Source: an uncultured virus (IMG/VR IMGVR_UViG_3300037882_001470)
Lineage: Duplodnaviria; Heunggongvirae; Uroviricota; Caudoviricetes
IMG/VR virus record: IMGVR_UViG_3300037882_001470
Reading direction: 5' to 3' (one strand)
DNA: 64,000 bases
In this document: positions 1-10,255 of the stretch, piece after piece
Position numbering within the stretch: position 1 is the stretch's first letter
How the letters are laid out: each line of letters begins with the position of its first letter
Made by a program: the position numbers and the translations under genes
The notes under the pieces: model-generated
What the model was told of the DNA's origin: nothing
What the model saw: the letters and a program-made list of their open reading frames with translations, nothing else
The model's database searches: none

Positions 1-1119
1 CGACTGCGTTACTGACTTCGTATCCCCGTTCCACTTTCCGTAGACGACCGCCTCATGATCTGCGCCATCAATTGTTACACGTTCAGTTGTTACTTGAATT
101 CCGGGAGAATGGAGCGCAGTTGCGTCCCCAATCAATGCACGGGCCGCAGTAAATACGTCGTCATTACTGAGCTTCTTCAACACGTCGGCTCCTGGATACA
201 CCAGCCGACACAGTAGAGATGCGATTCTGTGTGTGTGCGCCCCATACATCCTATCGTGTAACTCATCGCGTTTTGAGGTATGCTCTGCACAGATATTTGC
301 GAGCATATTGGAGATAATATCCAACTTACTAGGAAGGTCATTCCCAGTGCGTGTCATCTCGTCGTATAGCGTCACGACGTCCTCTTCTGCGTCTACGTAA
401 GCCGAGTAGTCTTTCTGACGCACCCCGCACTCAGGCAATGTCACCCCAAACATGAGCGCGGCGTTCGACACTTCGTAGAAGCTCACGTGGTCTAGATCAC
501 ATGGAATACCAGAATTTCCGAGGTAGTTCGGCTCCTGAAGTCGCCGAGAATCATGAACGAAGTCGTCATTAAGATCGGTGATGCCGTCTACTTCCGCAAT
601 TGTTCCATCACGCAGGGTATCACCAACCACAACGTCGCGTCCCTTATAGTCTTTGCGTTCGTGGTCTTCGATCTGGATGAGATGTCCGTATTTACTATCT
701 ACGAACTCATCCAACGCGTCAGAGCCATTATCAGCATCTACGACGAACAGGTCAGCCTCAAACCCACCCTGCACGGCAATTAACCACAAGTGCTGGCAGT
801 AATTGTCACCGGGGTTCAGGACGTCTACGCGAACGTTATTGTGTATAATGTAGGTCTTCGCGTATTGCATGTTCGAAACGTCCGTCTCTTTACTAAATTC
901 GAACTCTACGAACTTGTTGAGCGCCCATGCTTCCTCGGGTGTTCGTAATTTGTCGTCGATCTCCAGAGCCCACTTCCATGGAGCCTCGGTCATATATCCT
1001 TCGACTACGTATTTCTTAAAGTCGTCGAAGTCGTCGAACACTTGTTGTAGGCGGTCGCTAAACCCGTCCTTGTTCGGGTAAAGTTTAACTTTCTTGCACT
1101 GTCTTGTATTTTTAATCAT
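1..1119 (-). CDS. Hypothetical protein, >373 aa, runs off the window edge (absent from the ORF track)
   Basis: Manual translation from ATG 1119 (MIKNTRQCKKVKLYPNKDGFSDRLQQVFDDF...) stays open to base 1. Confidence 0.85.
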   Translation of the reverse strand, partial: MIKNTRQCKKVKLYPNKDGFSDRLQQVFDDFDDFKKYVVEGYMTEAPWKWALEIDDKLRTPEEAWALNKFVEFEFSKETDVSNMQYAKTYIIHNNVRVDVLNPGDNYCQHLWLIAVQGGFEADLFVVDADNGSDALDEFVDSKYGHLIQIEDHERKDYKGRDVVVGDTLRDGTIAEVDGITDLNDDFVHDSRRLQEPNYLGNSGIPCDLDHVSFYEVSNAALMFGVTLPECGVRQKDYSAYVDAEEDVVTLYDEMTRTGNDLPSKLDIISNMLANICAEHTSKRDELHDRMYGAHTHRIASLLCRLVYPGADVLKKLSNDDVFTAARALIGDATALHSPGIQVTTERVTIDGADHEAVVYGKWNGDTKSVTQS

Positions 1120-1403
1120 GAGGTATCAGGTAGATTCTATCTCAACGGCTGAATTTAGCAGATCGCGTTTGAGACGTTGTCGTGTTCGTTTTTTGAACGC
1201 ACGTTTTGCGTTACGTATCTTTTCTTTTGCACCGGGACGTGATTCACAGTGCTTCGTTTTATCAGTCGGGGTGTCTTTACCTATACCTAAGTTGACGCGC
1301 CCTGCGTGGCACTGTGTCGACAACTTTTCCGTCAGCCCGCCCACCTGTCGCGCATACGGTTTCATTGGCATATCGTAATGGAATTAGTCTTCATGAGGTA
1401 TCA
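1116..1403. repeat. 13-bp direct repeat TCATGAGGTATCA (1116-1128, 1391-1403) flanking one gene
   Basis: Identical 13-mers at two nearby gene junctions, 275 bp apart. Confidence 0.8.
1126..1365 (-). CDS. Small basic hypothetical protein
   Basis: K/R-rich ORF. Start is 1365 or 1371. Confidence 0.65.
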   Translation of the reverse strand: MKPYARQVGGLTEKLSTQCHAGRVNLGIGKDTPTDKTKHCESRPGAKEKIRNAKRAFKKRTRQRLKRDLLNSAVEIEST

Positions 1404-3306
1404 AGTCTTTACTGTTGTAATACCGTTCTGCCGAAAACACAGCTTTAACCCAAGCTGCGTAGTTGCTTTTCCATCGGCGGTCACTTGCAAATCGTTTTAG
1501 CTCCTTTGGAACATATGCGGTTACGTTCAACACATCGTCCAATGGGAACCATTCCGTGTGCATACCTTTCGGGCTTACAGTTTCATATCGACACCAACGG
1601 CGGCTCCAGCGCTCGTATGATGGTTTTTCCCACTCCACAACGACTCCCGGCACGCCAACTACGTCACGCTTACTTCGACTACGCGATTCGATGAAATCGT
1701 GAGACAATCCGCGGTAACCTTTGTATGTAAATGCGTCTGACTCACGACCAGCGCGCACGCGCCTGACTCGGACATACTCTGGGACGCTCGCATTACCGGG
1801 GCGCTGGCGCAGGTCTTCGCACTGTTTAGTCGTTACGATGTCTCCCGGCTTCAATAGCGCGTTCAGCCGTGCCTGATAATCACTCCACTTTTCGAGGTTG
1901 TTCGTGAGGACGTCTTCGTCGTCCCTTACAATCCGAATGCACCTGTTGAAGTCGTCGTGTGACATCAGGCTTATCGGTTCATGTGGGGCAAATACGTCGC
2001 TGCGGTCCAGCAAGCCTTGAATCAATACCACGATGCGATTGTAATGTCGCATCTGGTCCGCGCAATTTCTCACGTGGATGTCATACGCGTGGTGATCGGG
2101 TGTGACGAATTCATATTCGTAATCCGAGTCCGAGTAGAACATACTCGGACGTCGCCCCGCTGCCTCGTCCTCTGCCTCTCGCGCAATAACCGACGGCTTC
2201 AACTTTTTGCCTCGGATCTTCATCGGAGCGTCGAACTCGTCGCGAAACGGCACAAGCCCTGGAGAGAAATCAATGTCCGAAATGATGCGATATACGTTGT
2301 CCCCGTTTCGTATCAAAATATACGTCTGTGTGTTTCGCATATGCCAGTCGGCTTGCTGAAACGCGACCCACAACGAGCTTGCAGGCCCGTAATCCTTTTT
2401 ATGTCTGCGAATCTGCCACGCTACGACTCCACGCGCCGAGGGTAGAACTCGCGATAACACTTCAGGACGACATACCCACTTATCGAAGTCCTCTACATTT
2501 GCGAAGTCCATACCACCTGCGTCGTAATAGAACATCGTTTCCTCGTCCATATACAACATGGACTGGCGAATTTCGATGGCTTCTTCTCGCGCGGCGGGTT
2601 CACCTTTTCGAATCTGCTTCACGTGTTCTCGGAGTCCAGCGTAAAGCTCGATGGTGAATATTTGTTGGTCGATGCACTGGAGCTCTTTCATCAACGTATC
2701 CATCTTCGCTTTCTCCGGGTGCATGAGCATTTTCGCCTTCACCGAGAACTGCGCGGTCACATTGCATACGGCCCGGCGCATTGCAGGGATGGTGTTCTCC
2801 TTAATTGCCAACAGCCGCGCTTTCTGTAAGTCAGGGTCCGTCACCCGTATTGTAGGTAGCATACTCGACACAACCTGGTCGACGTTGGCGATCTCCGCAC
2901 GAACAGCAACCGCGGCACCATTTGCAGTTGCGGTGTCCCGCAGTTGACGGACGAGATCTGCCATTTCCAGTTTGAGCTGTTCCATTTCTCCCTGGAGAAT
3001 CCTTACACCGTCCGGCTCCCGTTTTAGAGTGGTTCCAATCTCTTCGAAGCCTACAGTGTCGGATCGTGTGCTAGTGCTGGACTGAGACCCGTCACTGTAG
3101 ACGTAAAAGTCGAACCACTCGACTTTTACGCAGTTGGATCGCACCTCTGTAACAACGGCAAGCTCCCACTTTACTTCCCCTTCTGCCCCATCTTCTACAG
3201 GGAGGCGATACCAAAGGTAGTCACCGACCTTGGTTACTTGCTCGTCTTCACGGCTTATGCGCTGTGCGTCGACTAATACTGGACTTTGGTTTTCTGGGTT
3301 ACTCAC
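1384..3306 (-). CDS. Large phage hypothetical protein with coiled-coil segment (640 aa)
   Basis: Long ORF with GTG start overlapping the upstream stop. Contains a heptad-like region and the motif IELYAGL...MLYMDEE...GGMDF. Confidence 0.9.
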   Translation of the reverse strand: MSNPENQSPVLVDAQRISREDEQVTKVGDYLWYRLPVEDGAEGEVKWELAVVTEVRSNCVKVEWFDFYVYSDGSQSSTSTRSDTVGFEEIGTTLKREPDGVRILQGEMEQLKLEMADLVRQLRDTATANGAAVAVRAEIANVDQVVSSMLPTIRVTDPDLQKARLLAIKENTIPAMRRAVCNVTAQFSVKAKMLMHPEKAKMDTLMKELQCIDQQIFTIELYAGLREHVKQIRKGEPAAREEAIEIRQSMLYMDEETMFYYDAGGMDFANVEDFDKWVCRPEVLSRVLPSARGVVAWQIRRHKKDYGPASSLWVAFQQADWHMRNTQTYILIRNGDNVYRIISDIDFSPGLVPFRDEFDAPMKIRGKKLKPSVIAREAEDEAAGRRPSMFYSDSDYEYEFVTPDHHAYDIHVRNCADQMRHYNRIVVLIQGLLDRSDVFAPHEPISLMSHDDFNRCIRIVRDDEDVLTNNLEKWSDYQARLNALLKPGDIVTTKQCEDLRQRPGNASVPEYVRVRRVRAGRESDAFTYKGYRGLSHDFIESRSRSKRDVVGVPGVVVEWEKPSYERWSRRWCRYETVSPKGMHTEWFPLDDVLNVTAYVPKELKRFASDRRWKSNYAAWVKAVFSAERYYNSKDLIPHED

Positions 3307-3905
3307 GTTATTGACGCGCTCTCGACGGAAGGCAACGCTCCCGGCGTGTCGTATGGAGCGGCGCCAGCGTCCTCCAAGATTCGAATAAATTCGGATTCAC
3401 GAATACGTGTTCCGCCTTCCACGATATTTGGCTCTGTAAAATTACCTGGAATAATGGGCACTATGACGTAATACACACCGTCAATGAAATCGAACCGAGC
3501 GTTCCTTACACGGAACCCACCCATCCTGTCACCAGGTCCGTGCATTACTGTGACTGAGTCGGTCCCGGCGTGAATCATTTTAGCGAACACTGCTGAGCCG
3601 GGAATAGTTAGCTCGTCCATTCGCCGCTGAAGCTCTCTACCCGCCTTTGTTTGTGTCTTCGGTATGCTGACCTGCGCCCCTCCGACGTTGCGTCCACGCT
3701 TCCATGTGTCAGGTATAATGTCCCCGGCGAATTCCACACCAACGCATTGATAACCGTTATCGAACGGGCGCAGCGCTAACACCTCCTTTGTAAACTCGTG
3801 TATTCGATCAATCGCTTGTTGGCGCTCAGCTTGAAAGGCTTCGATGACGGTGTAAAGCGGGCTGGCCTTCGTTACTTTGTATATGATCTGTTCTCCAATT
3901 TTCAT
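3303..3905 (-). CDS. Hypothetical protein
   Basis: 200-aa ORF coupled to both neighbours. Confidence 0.85.
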   Translation of the reverse strand: MKIGEQIIYKVTKASPLYTVIEAFQAERQQAIDRIHEFTKEVLALRPFDNGYQCVGVEFAGDIIPDTWKRGRNVGGAQVSIPKTQTKAGRELQRRMDELTIPGSAVFAKMIHAGTDSVTVMHGPGDRMGGFRVRNARFDFIDGVYYVIVPIIPGNFTEPNIVEGGTRIRESEFIRILEDAGAAPYDTPGALPSVESASIT

Positions 3906-4558
3906 TGGGCTACTGGTATGTATTTAACTTCTACGAATCTCGGCTTTCCGTTCGGCATCTTTTGACAGAATCGGGAGATCGGTTGTGTGAATAACGTGGA
4001 CGAGCTGCTTGGCGTCGGGACCTCCGAGTATACCACATTCCACCCATCACTCTCCGTGTTGTAAGCAACTGCAATGCAGTGATAAAACTTACCGGTAGCC
4101 ACATGTTGAAACGTTCTAAGCGGGAATCCCAGAGGCGCGTTCAATGTATCATCCGATTTCGGCAGCAAGAATGTAGGAGTAACCGAGAAGTCTCCCATTG
4201 TCACAGGGCGCCGCTCCGTCACTGCAATGACATACGCATCGTGGTGGTCGTCCTGCCGGCAGTCGGCGCTGCACTTCACGTAGTAATCGTAAGGCGTGTC
4301 CCCCGTGTGGCGAATAACACACTCCGGGTTAAAGGTGGACTCCAAACTCTTATCCAGCGCAGTGCGCTGCATCACGTCGTGCAGTTGTCGAATCTTTCGT
4401 AGTGTTGGCTCCTCCATCGTATCGATATAGGCCCACCGCTCCAGCGGGTTCGCGTCCAGCCGGGTAAGTTCTGGCGTTAGCACCCAAATCATGGCGATTT
4501 TGTCGTGAACGATTATTTTCACGACTTTCCCATTCTTTAATACAGTGATGTCTTTCAT
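3902..4558 (-). CDS. DUF1653-like (SH3-fold) C-terminal domain protein
   Basis: FQHVATGKFYHCIAVAYNTES..NVVY...LFTQPISRF...PRF matches the DUF1653 pattern. Confidence 0.7.
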   Translation of the reverse strand: MKDITVLKNGKVVKIIVHDKIAMIWVLTPELTRLDANPLERWAYIDTMEEPTLRKIRQLHDVMQRTALDKSLESTFNPECVIRHTGDTPYDYYVKCSADCRQDDHHDAYVIAVTERRPVTMGDFSVTPTFLLPKSDDTLNAPLGFPLRTFQHVATGKFYHCIAVAYNTESDGWNVVYSEVPTPSSSSTLFTQPISRFCQKMPNGKPRFVEVKYIPVAQ

Positions 4559-4930
4559 TTAGTTTTCAGTAACTCGATCGATTTGGTTAACACCCGCCTC
4601 GTCAACTACGAGTCGAGGTTTGTAAGGTAGAATATAGCCAGACTCGCCACAAGACTGGCACGGATTCGAGACAGTTCTACCGTCATCGCCTGCATCGCAA
4701 TCTCCGCCTTGCCCGTGGCATTTCGGGCAAGGGAACACCGCCCTTCCAACCTCCTTAACTTTAGCAAGCCACTTTTCACTTTCATGTGGGTCGCCGGTCT
4801 CAAAGCATTCGATGGCGGATTGCATCCACTCATTTAGGAGCTGAACAAGACGGTGAATCGTAGCGGACTCTGAATCATTAGCGTTGGTCTCAGTGATGTC
4901 TTTCATATGGTTTTCAATACCTCTATCGAT
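4543..4930. repeat. 40-bp imperfect direct repeat (4543-4582, 4891-4930; 35/40) flanking gene 4559-4906
   Basis: Base-by-base comparison. The first 16 nt are identical. Confidence 0.9.
4559..4906 (-). CDS. DnaJ-type CxxCxGxG zinc-finger protein
   Basis: CPKCHGQG ... CQSCGESG. Confidence 0.75.
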   Translation of the reverse strand: MKDITETNANDSESATIHRLVQLLNEWMQSAIECFETGDPHESEKWLAKVKEVGRAVFPCPKCHGQGGDCDAGDDGRTVSNPCQSCGESGYILPYKPRLVVDEAGVNQIDRVTEN

Positions 4931-6017
4931 ATGTGGTCAGGGTTCGTGAGGTTCAGATAATCGATTGCGTTACTACGTGTCGCCTGCCAGATCGTGGCGA
5001 CTACTTCATCTTCCACAGAATCGACGGACTCGTGCCACCTACCTGACATTGACGGGATGCGATCCGCGACATAATCGGCGACCTGTGACGCCAGTGTTTT
5101 ACCGACGCCTCTTTCAAATAGATTCTTCTCTATCAGTTCTCGAAATGTCACTTATCCACCTCCAAGGTCAGCTTTCGGTTGAGTGTTTTAGTGCACAGCC
5201 AATACAGCTTTTTGTCGACAGCGTTCCGCACTCCGAGCCGTATCCCGCTACCACAACTACACTGACGCCAGCCACCAGTCGTAACTCCGGCACTGCCGTC
5301 CTTGAACAGAACGGCAGTGCCTTTTGGAATACTCGCAAATGGGATCATTACGGGAGGGCGTCGAGCCCGCGAACCAGCAGCGCTGCTTTGCGTAATACCT
5401 CACGTGTGCGTCGGCGTGCGTTCAAGTTATCCTGACGGTTACTGCTCGACGGGGCGGTGAGGCGTTGGTTGGCGACGCGGTGCATGAGCACTAGACGCTT
5501 GATGTCGTGCTCCATCTGCTTCAAGAAAGCCTCGCGGATGTCTTCTGACTGGTTCGCTACGGTCGCGATTACTCGCGGGCATTCTTCTGCCGACATTGCG
5601 CACATGTCATTCATCCAGTCGCGCATGGTCTGCTCGTCAATTACCTTTTCAGGTGACTCAGTTGATTCTTTGTTCATTGTGTATTTGTGTCCTGGGAGGT
5701 ACATTTACTGTCTCCGTTTGGTGCCGGGAAATGTCCCGCGGCTTCCGTCGTTTCACGTCATCATCAAAACCGCCAGCGTCACATAGCTCGGCGCTTTACC
5801 GTTCGTTGTAATGTAATCAGCGACGATCTGACACTGAGACTCCCAGTCGTGGCGCTGGCATCCCCATTCGAATCCAATGCGAAGCTCATACCATGCGAGC
5901 CGTGTAGCTGCCGTGTAGATCAGCTCTGATTGTTGTGTGGATGTGGAGTCCGCATCCGTCAATAGCCCAATCTTCGCGGCGTTGATACCTGCCTGCATCA
6001 TCCAGGCTTTATCCTGT

Positions 6018-6506
6018 TTATTCATCGAAGTCTGATTGGCCCTGCGGAACTCCGCCGTAGTTTACTAATTCGAATACCTCAATCTCTGCCTCTAACGTCT
6101 TTAGTTGGCCCTCAGTCACCTGAATCGGGTTGTTACCAAAACGGCGCTGCATAGCAATTGGTAACTCACCGAAGGCGACGCGCGCCGTAGGTAGTCCAAA
6201 CCACTCACCCGGAACCGATAACTTTCCAGACATGAAATCAAGTATCGCCGTCATTCGCTGTTTTCCGTCGATCACGGCTATTTCTTCTCCCCAACCAGCC
6301 GCGAACCTATCGTTAACGATCAATGACGGGATTGGGATTCCCCGCAGAATCGACTTTATCAGGTTGCGCTGACGAACCGAGCCCCATACATCCCCACGCT
6401 GATATGGCGGATTGAGCAGTAGATATCGCTCCTCTTGCCAGTATTTTATTACGTCTACGGGGCGCGACGTGTTGGCCAACCGTAGACGCTCTATTGCTTT
6501 AATCAT
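6018..6506 (-). CDS. Stand-alone DUF262 (ParB-like / GmrS N-terminal) protein
   Basis: PPYQRGDVW, LIKSILRGIPIP and VIDGKQRMTAI motifs. Confidence 0.9.
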   Translation of the reverse strand: MIKAIERLRLANTSRPVDVIKYWQEERYLLLNPPYQRGDVWGSVRQRNLIKSILRGIPIPSLIVNDRFAAGWGEEIAVIDGKQRMTAILDFMSGKLSVPGEWFGLPTARVAFGELPIAMQRRFGNNPIQVTEGQLKTLEAEIEVFELVNYGGVPQGQSDFDE

Positions 6507-6739
6507 TCTGGTTCCAGATGTTTCTCTGACTCTAGCACGAAGTCCGCACGTGCGACGCTCATTTCATCACCTGTGGCTTCCCATGTAACACACATCGCAC
6601 CGGGTATGCAGTCGTGCTCAGATTTATCCACGATGGCGACGGCACTCACGTCCATCGATGAGTCGGCGCGAATTCGTTTCAAGTAATGTTTCGAATACAC
6701 AACTCGGTCTCCTTTTTTGAATTCTAGGTTTAAGATCAT
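6503..6739 (-). CDS. Small SH3/KOW-like protein
   Basis: FKKGDRVVY...VTW...KHLEP, similar to the C-terminus of 54255-54767. Confidence 0.65.
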   Translation of the reverse strand: MILNLEFKKGDRVVYSKHYLKRIRADSSMDVSAVAIVDKSEHDCIPGAMCVTWEATGDEMSVARADFVLESEKHLEPE

Positions 6740-7245
6740 GTCTCGTCTACAAAATCAGATGCGACGCGTGCATCCTCTGCGACGCGCTCAGCCTTAACGC
6801 GCTCCCTTTCTGTCGCAATGATAGCGTCTCGCGTTGCTTTAAGATACCTCATACGCTCTTCCCACGTCATGCGATACGCATTAACGGCTGACGAGTCAGG
6901 CGCAAGTGTGTCGAGCAGACGTAGCATACGCCTCGGGAATCTGGCAGCGTTCGCAAACTCCCGAAACATCTCGATCACGCGCGGGTGTTCTAAATCTTTC
7001 AGTAGCATGACGCGCGCCGGTTGAATTGCACTGGGGGACGCGCTCCAGTAAGTGACTCTGGAAGACCTGTATGGCTCGTCCTTTCGCAACCCGAATCCGT
7101 AAATGTCATATCGCCCAGGAACTGCGTATCGATAAATAAACGCAGGTTCGTCCGCGTCTTCTCTTTCACCGATACATAGGAACTCCGTGTCTTCGCCGTC
7201 TTCTGTGACCAGCGTGTTATCGCTGTAGTGATGTTTATCTGCCAT
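6736..7245 (-). CDS. Hypothetical protein
   Basis: 169-aa coupled ORF. Confidence 0.8.
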   Translation of the reverse strand: MADKHHYSDNTLVTEDGEDTEFLCIGEREDADEPAFIYRYAVPGRYDIYGFGLRKDEPYRSSRVTYWSASPSAIQPARVMLLKDLEHPRVIEMFREFANAARFPRRMLRLLDTLAPDSSAVNAYRMTWEERMRYLKATRDAIIATERERVKAERVAEDARVASDFVDET

Positions 7246-7248
7246 ACA

Positions 7249-7521
7249 TCAATCCTTCACGGCGAACTTCAGTTTTGTGAGTTTATCCAGCTTCTTTTCA
7301 GTGGACCTAAGAGCTCGGTCACGCATTTTGTAGAATTGCCACAGAGCCTCGGCTTCAGTTCTGTGCCAGTGTGGTTTATGGTAACACACCATACATACAC
7401 CACGCCGTGTGGATGCTACCATTGTCGGTGAGTCGCATTGTTCGACCTCTTGCTTAAACACCCCTACCGTTAAGGCGTATTGCGTGATGTAGGCGGTGAA
7501 TGTTTCTGGTTTGGGTGTCAT
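7249..7521 (-). CDS. Phage hypothetical protein
   Basis: YITQYALT.GV...WHRTEAEAL motif with a helical C-terminus. Confidence 0.8.
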   Translation of the reverse strand: MTPKPETFTAYITQYALTVGVFKQEVEQCDSPTMVASTRRGVCMVCYHKPHWHRTEAEALWQFYKMRDRALRSTEKKLDKLTKLKFAVKD

Positions 7522-8225
7522 ACGATGATTGGGTCCCCCACCTCAAATGAAGTAACCGGACCTCTTAAGATTGTCTCGTCGTTACGCCAGCCAATTGTTT
7601 TTGCGTGTGCGAGCCATTTCTCAAACGTCTTATCCAGATCGTCATCAGGCACTGCCACTACAATGGTTGTCTGATTTTGGAACTTAAACGTGCAGATTTT
7701 ATAGTGTTTTCTCATTTAGTTTTTATTCAAGTGTTAGGGTTGGAACTTCCGCCGACCATAGTATCGGCGTCCGTTTTTCAGTTTTCGCGAGGCGTAGTGC
7801 ATCCTTTGTCAATTCAACCTCGTTATCTCTGCCGCTGCTCAATATAACGGCACGAAGCCACAGCTTCATTGTGTTATTCTCTTTGCGTAGTTTTTCGATC
7901 TCTTGCGCCGCTACATACGCGCATGAGCCGGCGGATTTTAACTCGTCGACTAATTTATCGTGATTCGATGTTTTGCTCATAATTTGAAAGCCTCGGCTTC
8001 ATATCTGTTCACGTATGGTGGGATTGTCTCATCCGGCTCATGGTATCCGTCCAGATAGCAACCATTAGCGGAAAGCATTCCTTTACCGGCTTTCCGGTCT
8101 TCCTGACCTTGCCTGTAAAGCCTACATCTCTGTTTCGTATATTCGTCCGGTTCATCGAGTAGCTCCCAGTTTTCAGTGCGGTAATACCATTTACCGTCGT
8201 TCTTTTGTATGTCGCTCATATCTAG

Positions 8226-8852
8226 TCAGATCATATCTTCTCGGGCTTCACGCATGTGCATCAGCCACTCGTGGTAACCGAGCTGCGTGTCACCGTTATT
8301 TACTTCGTATTTCCAGTCACTTCGTGGGTATTTGTCGTCATCGATGTCCCATGAAGACACCTCATCGACTTTAACCGGGGGATTCGCTGTAGATGTAGTT
8401 TTACCTCGCTGACGATTAACGACACGCTCCAAGTCATTTCGGGCGTCCCATGTAGCGCCGTCTATACACCCGCTGAAGTGCGTTGTTGCGACAAGTCCAA
8501 AAGCCGCGTCGAGCAGTTCTTCGTGCTGATTGACCCGTTCTATCAACAACATCGTTAGAACACTTCCCGGAAGGCTCTTCATGAACTCGTAGTATCCGGG
8601 CGTTGACTCCTTCCAAGATGACATTGACGCGTGTAGAAACTCGGTCGCAGACGTGCGCTGCGCTCGTTGCTCAAACACCAACCGCATACTTGGGCATACG
8701 ATCGCGTATTTCACCCATTCCCCGATTTCGTAGCTCATAACGTCTTTCGACTGAAAGTCCCATAGGCAGCTTGTCAGCGTTTTAATGGCTGTGTCTGTTG
8801 TCGAGGTCTGGACGTGCTTACCGTCTACCAGAATGTAGTAAGTGACTTCCAT
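8226..8852 (-). CDS. Hypothetical protein with C-terminal YPRSDWKYEV..GDT.LGY.EW module
   Basis: Start re-assigned to ATG 8852, next to the upstream stop. Confidence 0.8.
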   Translation of the reverse strand: MEVTYYILVDGKHVQTSTTDTAIKTLTSCLWDFQSKDVMSYEIGEWVKYAIVCPSMRLVFEQRAQRTSATEFLHASMSSWKESTPGYYEFMKSLPGSVLTMLLIERVNQHEELLDAAFGLVATTHFSGCIDGATWDARNDLERVVNRQRGKTTSTANPPVKVDEVSSWDIDDDKYPRSDWKYEVNNGDTQLGYHEWLMHMREAREDMI

Positions 8853-9118
8853 ATTACGGCTGCAACTCGAACAGCCCGAGACATGTCGCGCCGATAAACG
8901 CCGCATCGACATCGGCCTCCAGAGTCAGGACAATGGCATCTGCCAGTAAAGGCATCGTTTTACCGCGTGCAAACGAGCGGTGGGCGAGCCCGTCAATATA
9001 CCCGTGAAAGCCTGCGTCTTCGCTGCCTTTACACATTACGAGATGCGCCAGCGGTGCGAACGGGCGCGTGCTGTCGAAGCGCATAGTCGCGCGTTTAAAT
9101 AACTCTGCAATACTTAGT

Positions 9119-9751
9119 TCAGACATGTGGTGTGAGTGTTGTGTCGATGATCGTGAAAAGAATGCGTCCGGCTTCTGCGCGTTGCGCTGCTGCTACCGCG
9201 TTTTCGAATACTGGCGCTAAGTCATTGCATACGATATCCCTGAGTAAGCACAGCATGTCCGGTGTATACCGCATAGCCAGTGATGCTTGAATAGATTGCT
9301 CGTGGCATTCCATGCTACAGCCCTTGTTACGATAGATCTGCCCGATGGGGGTGCGTTGTGCATCTCGTAGTTTTACGATGTGTCCGGGAACTGTCGCGGT
9401 GAGGCTATCATATTCGACCACCCTCGACATTTTTAATTCCCGTGGGATCGAAATTGGAAACAGCCCGACGGGGCGGTGCCATTCCAAGTTCTCTGGCGAC
9501 ACCTTATAATGCCTATAGACCGCGGCAGTAAATTGATACCACGCGCGCATCGTCCGTTGGTTATCACCTACACTCCCGGCGTCATAGAATGGCTTTTTCG
9601 TATGGGCGGTATTACGTCGGAACACGGTGGCGTGCATTGGGTCGAATGAAGCGATGCAGAAGTCTCCAATAAACAACTGCACCACAAAGAACGGTGTCGA
9701 CACTTCACATCGCGATATCTGTTTGGTGTTACTCTTTATAACTATATTCAT
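9119..9751 (-). CDS. Hypothetical protein
   Basis: 210-aa ORF. Confidence 0.8.
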   Translation of the reverse strand: MNIVIKSNTKQISRCEVSTPFFVVQLFIGDFCIASFDPMHATVFRRNTAHTKKPFYDAGSVGDNQRTMRAWYQFTAAVYRHYKVSPENLEWHRPVGLFPISIPRELKMSRVVEYDSLTATVPGHIVKLRDAQRTPIGQIYRNKGCSMECHEQSIQASLAMRYTPDMLCLLRDIVCNDLAPVFENAVAAAQRAEAGRILFTIIDTTLTPHV

Positions 9752-9802
9752 ACTTTTGGGTTTAATCAGCGTTTTCAGCGTCCGGGCTCAGTGTAGTGCT
9801 TC

Positions 9803-10255
9803 TCATATCCAGAAGCTTCGCGCACAGCTTCCATCACGACACTGCCACTCGTCTAGCGTAGCCGTGTTTAAGTGGTCGCGAGGCTCCAGTGTATTTGCAG
9901 CCCACTCCGTGCAATGCGATAGGATATCACCTCCACAGAAAGGGCAATGCAGGCTGTGCTGAGGTTGCGGCTCTTCCTTGTAAATCGCATCCGTAGCTTT
10001 CAAAAACTCATGAAAGGACGCGACTAACACATGGTCCTTTCCGGCGTTACTTTTAAGCAACTGAAACATTGTGCGCCAATTATACTCCGACTGACCCGTA
10101 TAGAATGTCGCAATGTCGTCTCCGGTGCATTCGATATTTACGTCTGACCTGATAACCTGAATCGTCTCTATAGGCGACTCGTCCCCGTGTGCCTCGTTTT
10201 CGGCATCCGCTAAGAAGTGAAGCGCCTTAGCACGCTTTGTAATCAGAAATTGCAT
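9803..10255 (-). CDS. Hypothetical protein with C-terminal zinc ribbon
   Basis: CPFCGG ... WQC...C..SFW. Confidence 0.75.
   Translation of the reverse strand: MQFLITKRAKALHFLADAENEAHGDESPIETIQVIRSDVNIECTGDDIATFYTGQSEYNWRTMFQLLKSNAGKDHVLVASFHEFLKATDAIYKEEPQPQHSLHCPFCGGDILSHCTEWAANTLEPRDHLNTATLDEWQCRDGSCARSFWI

Noticed and set aside
5395..5473. Possible attC right arm GCGGTGAGGCGTTG-GTTGGCG
   Set aside because: No correctly spaced AAC-containing R'' or L'' upstream. At best an eroded remnant.
8866..8930. attC-like left arm CTCGAAC...ATGTCG/CGACAT
   Set aside because: No GTT-containing R' and only a short stem inside a coding region.
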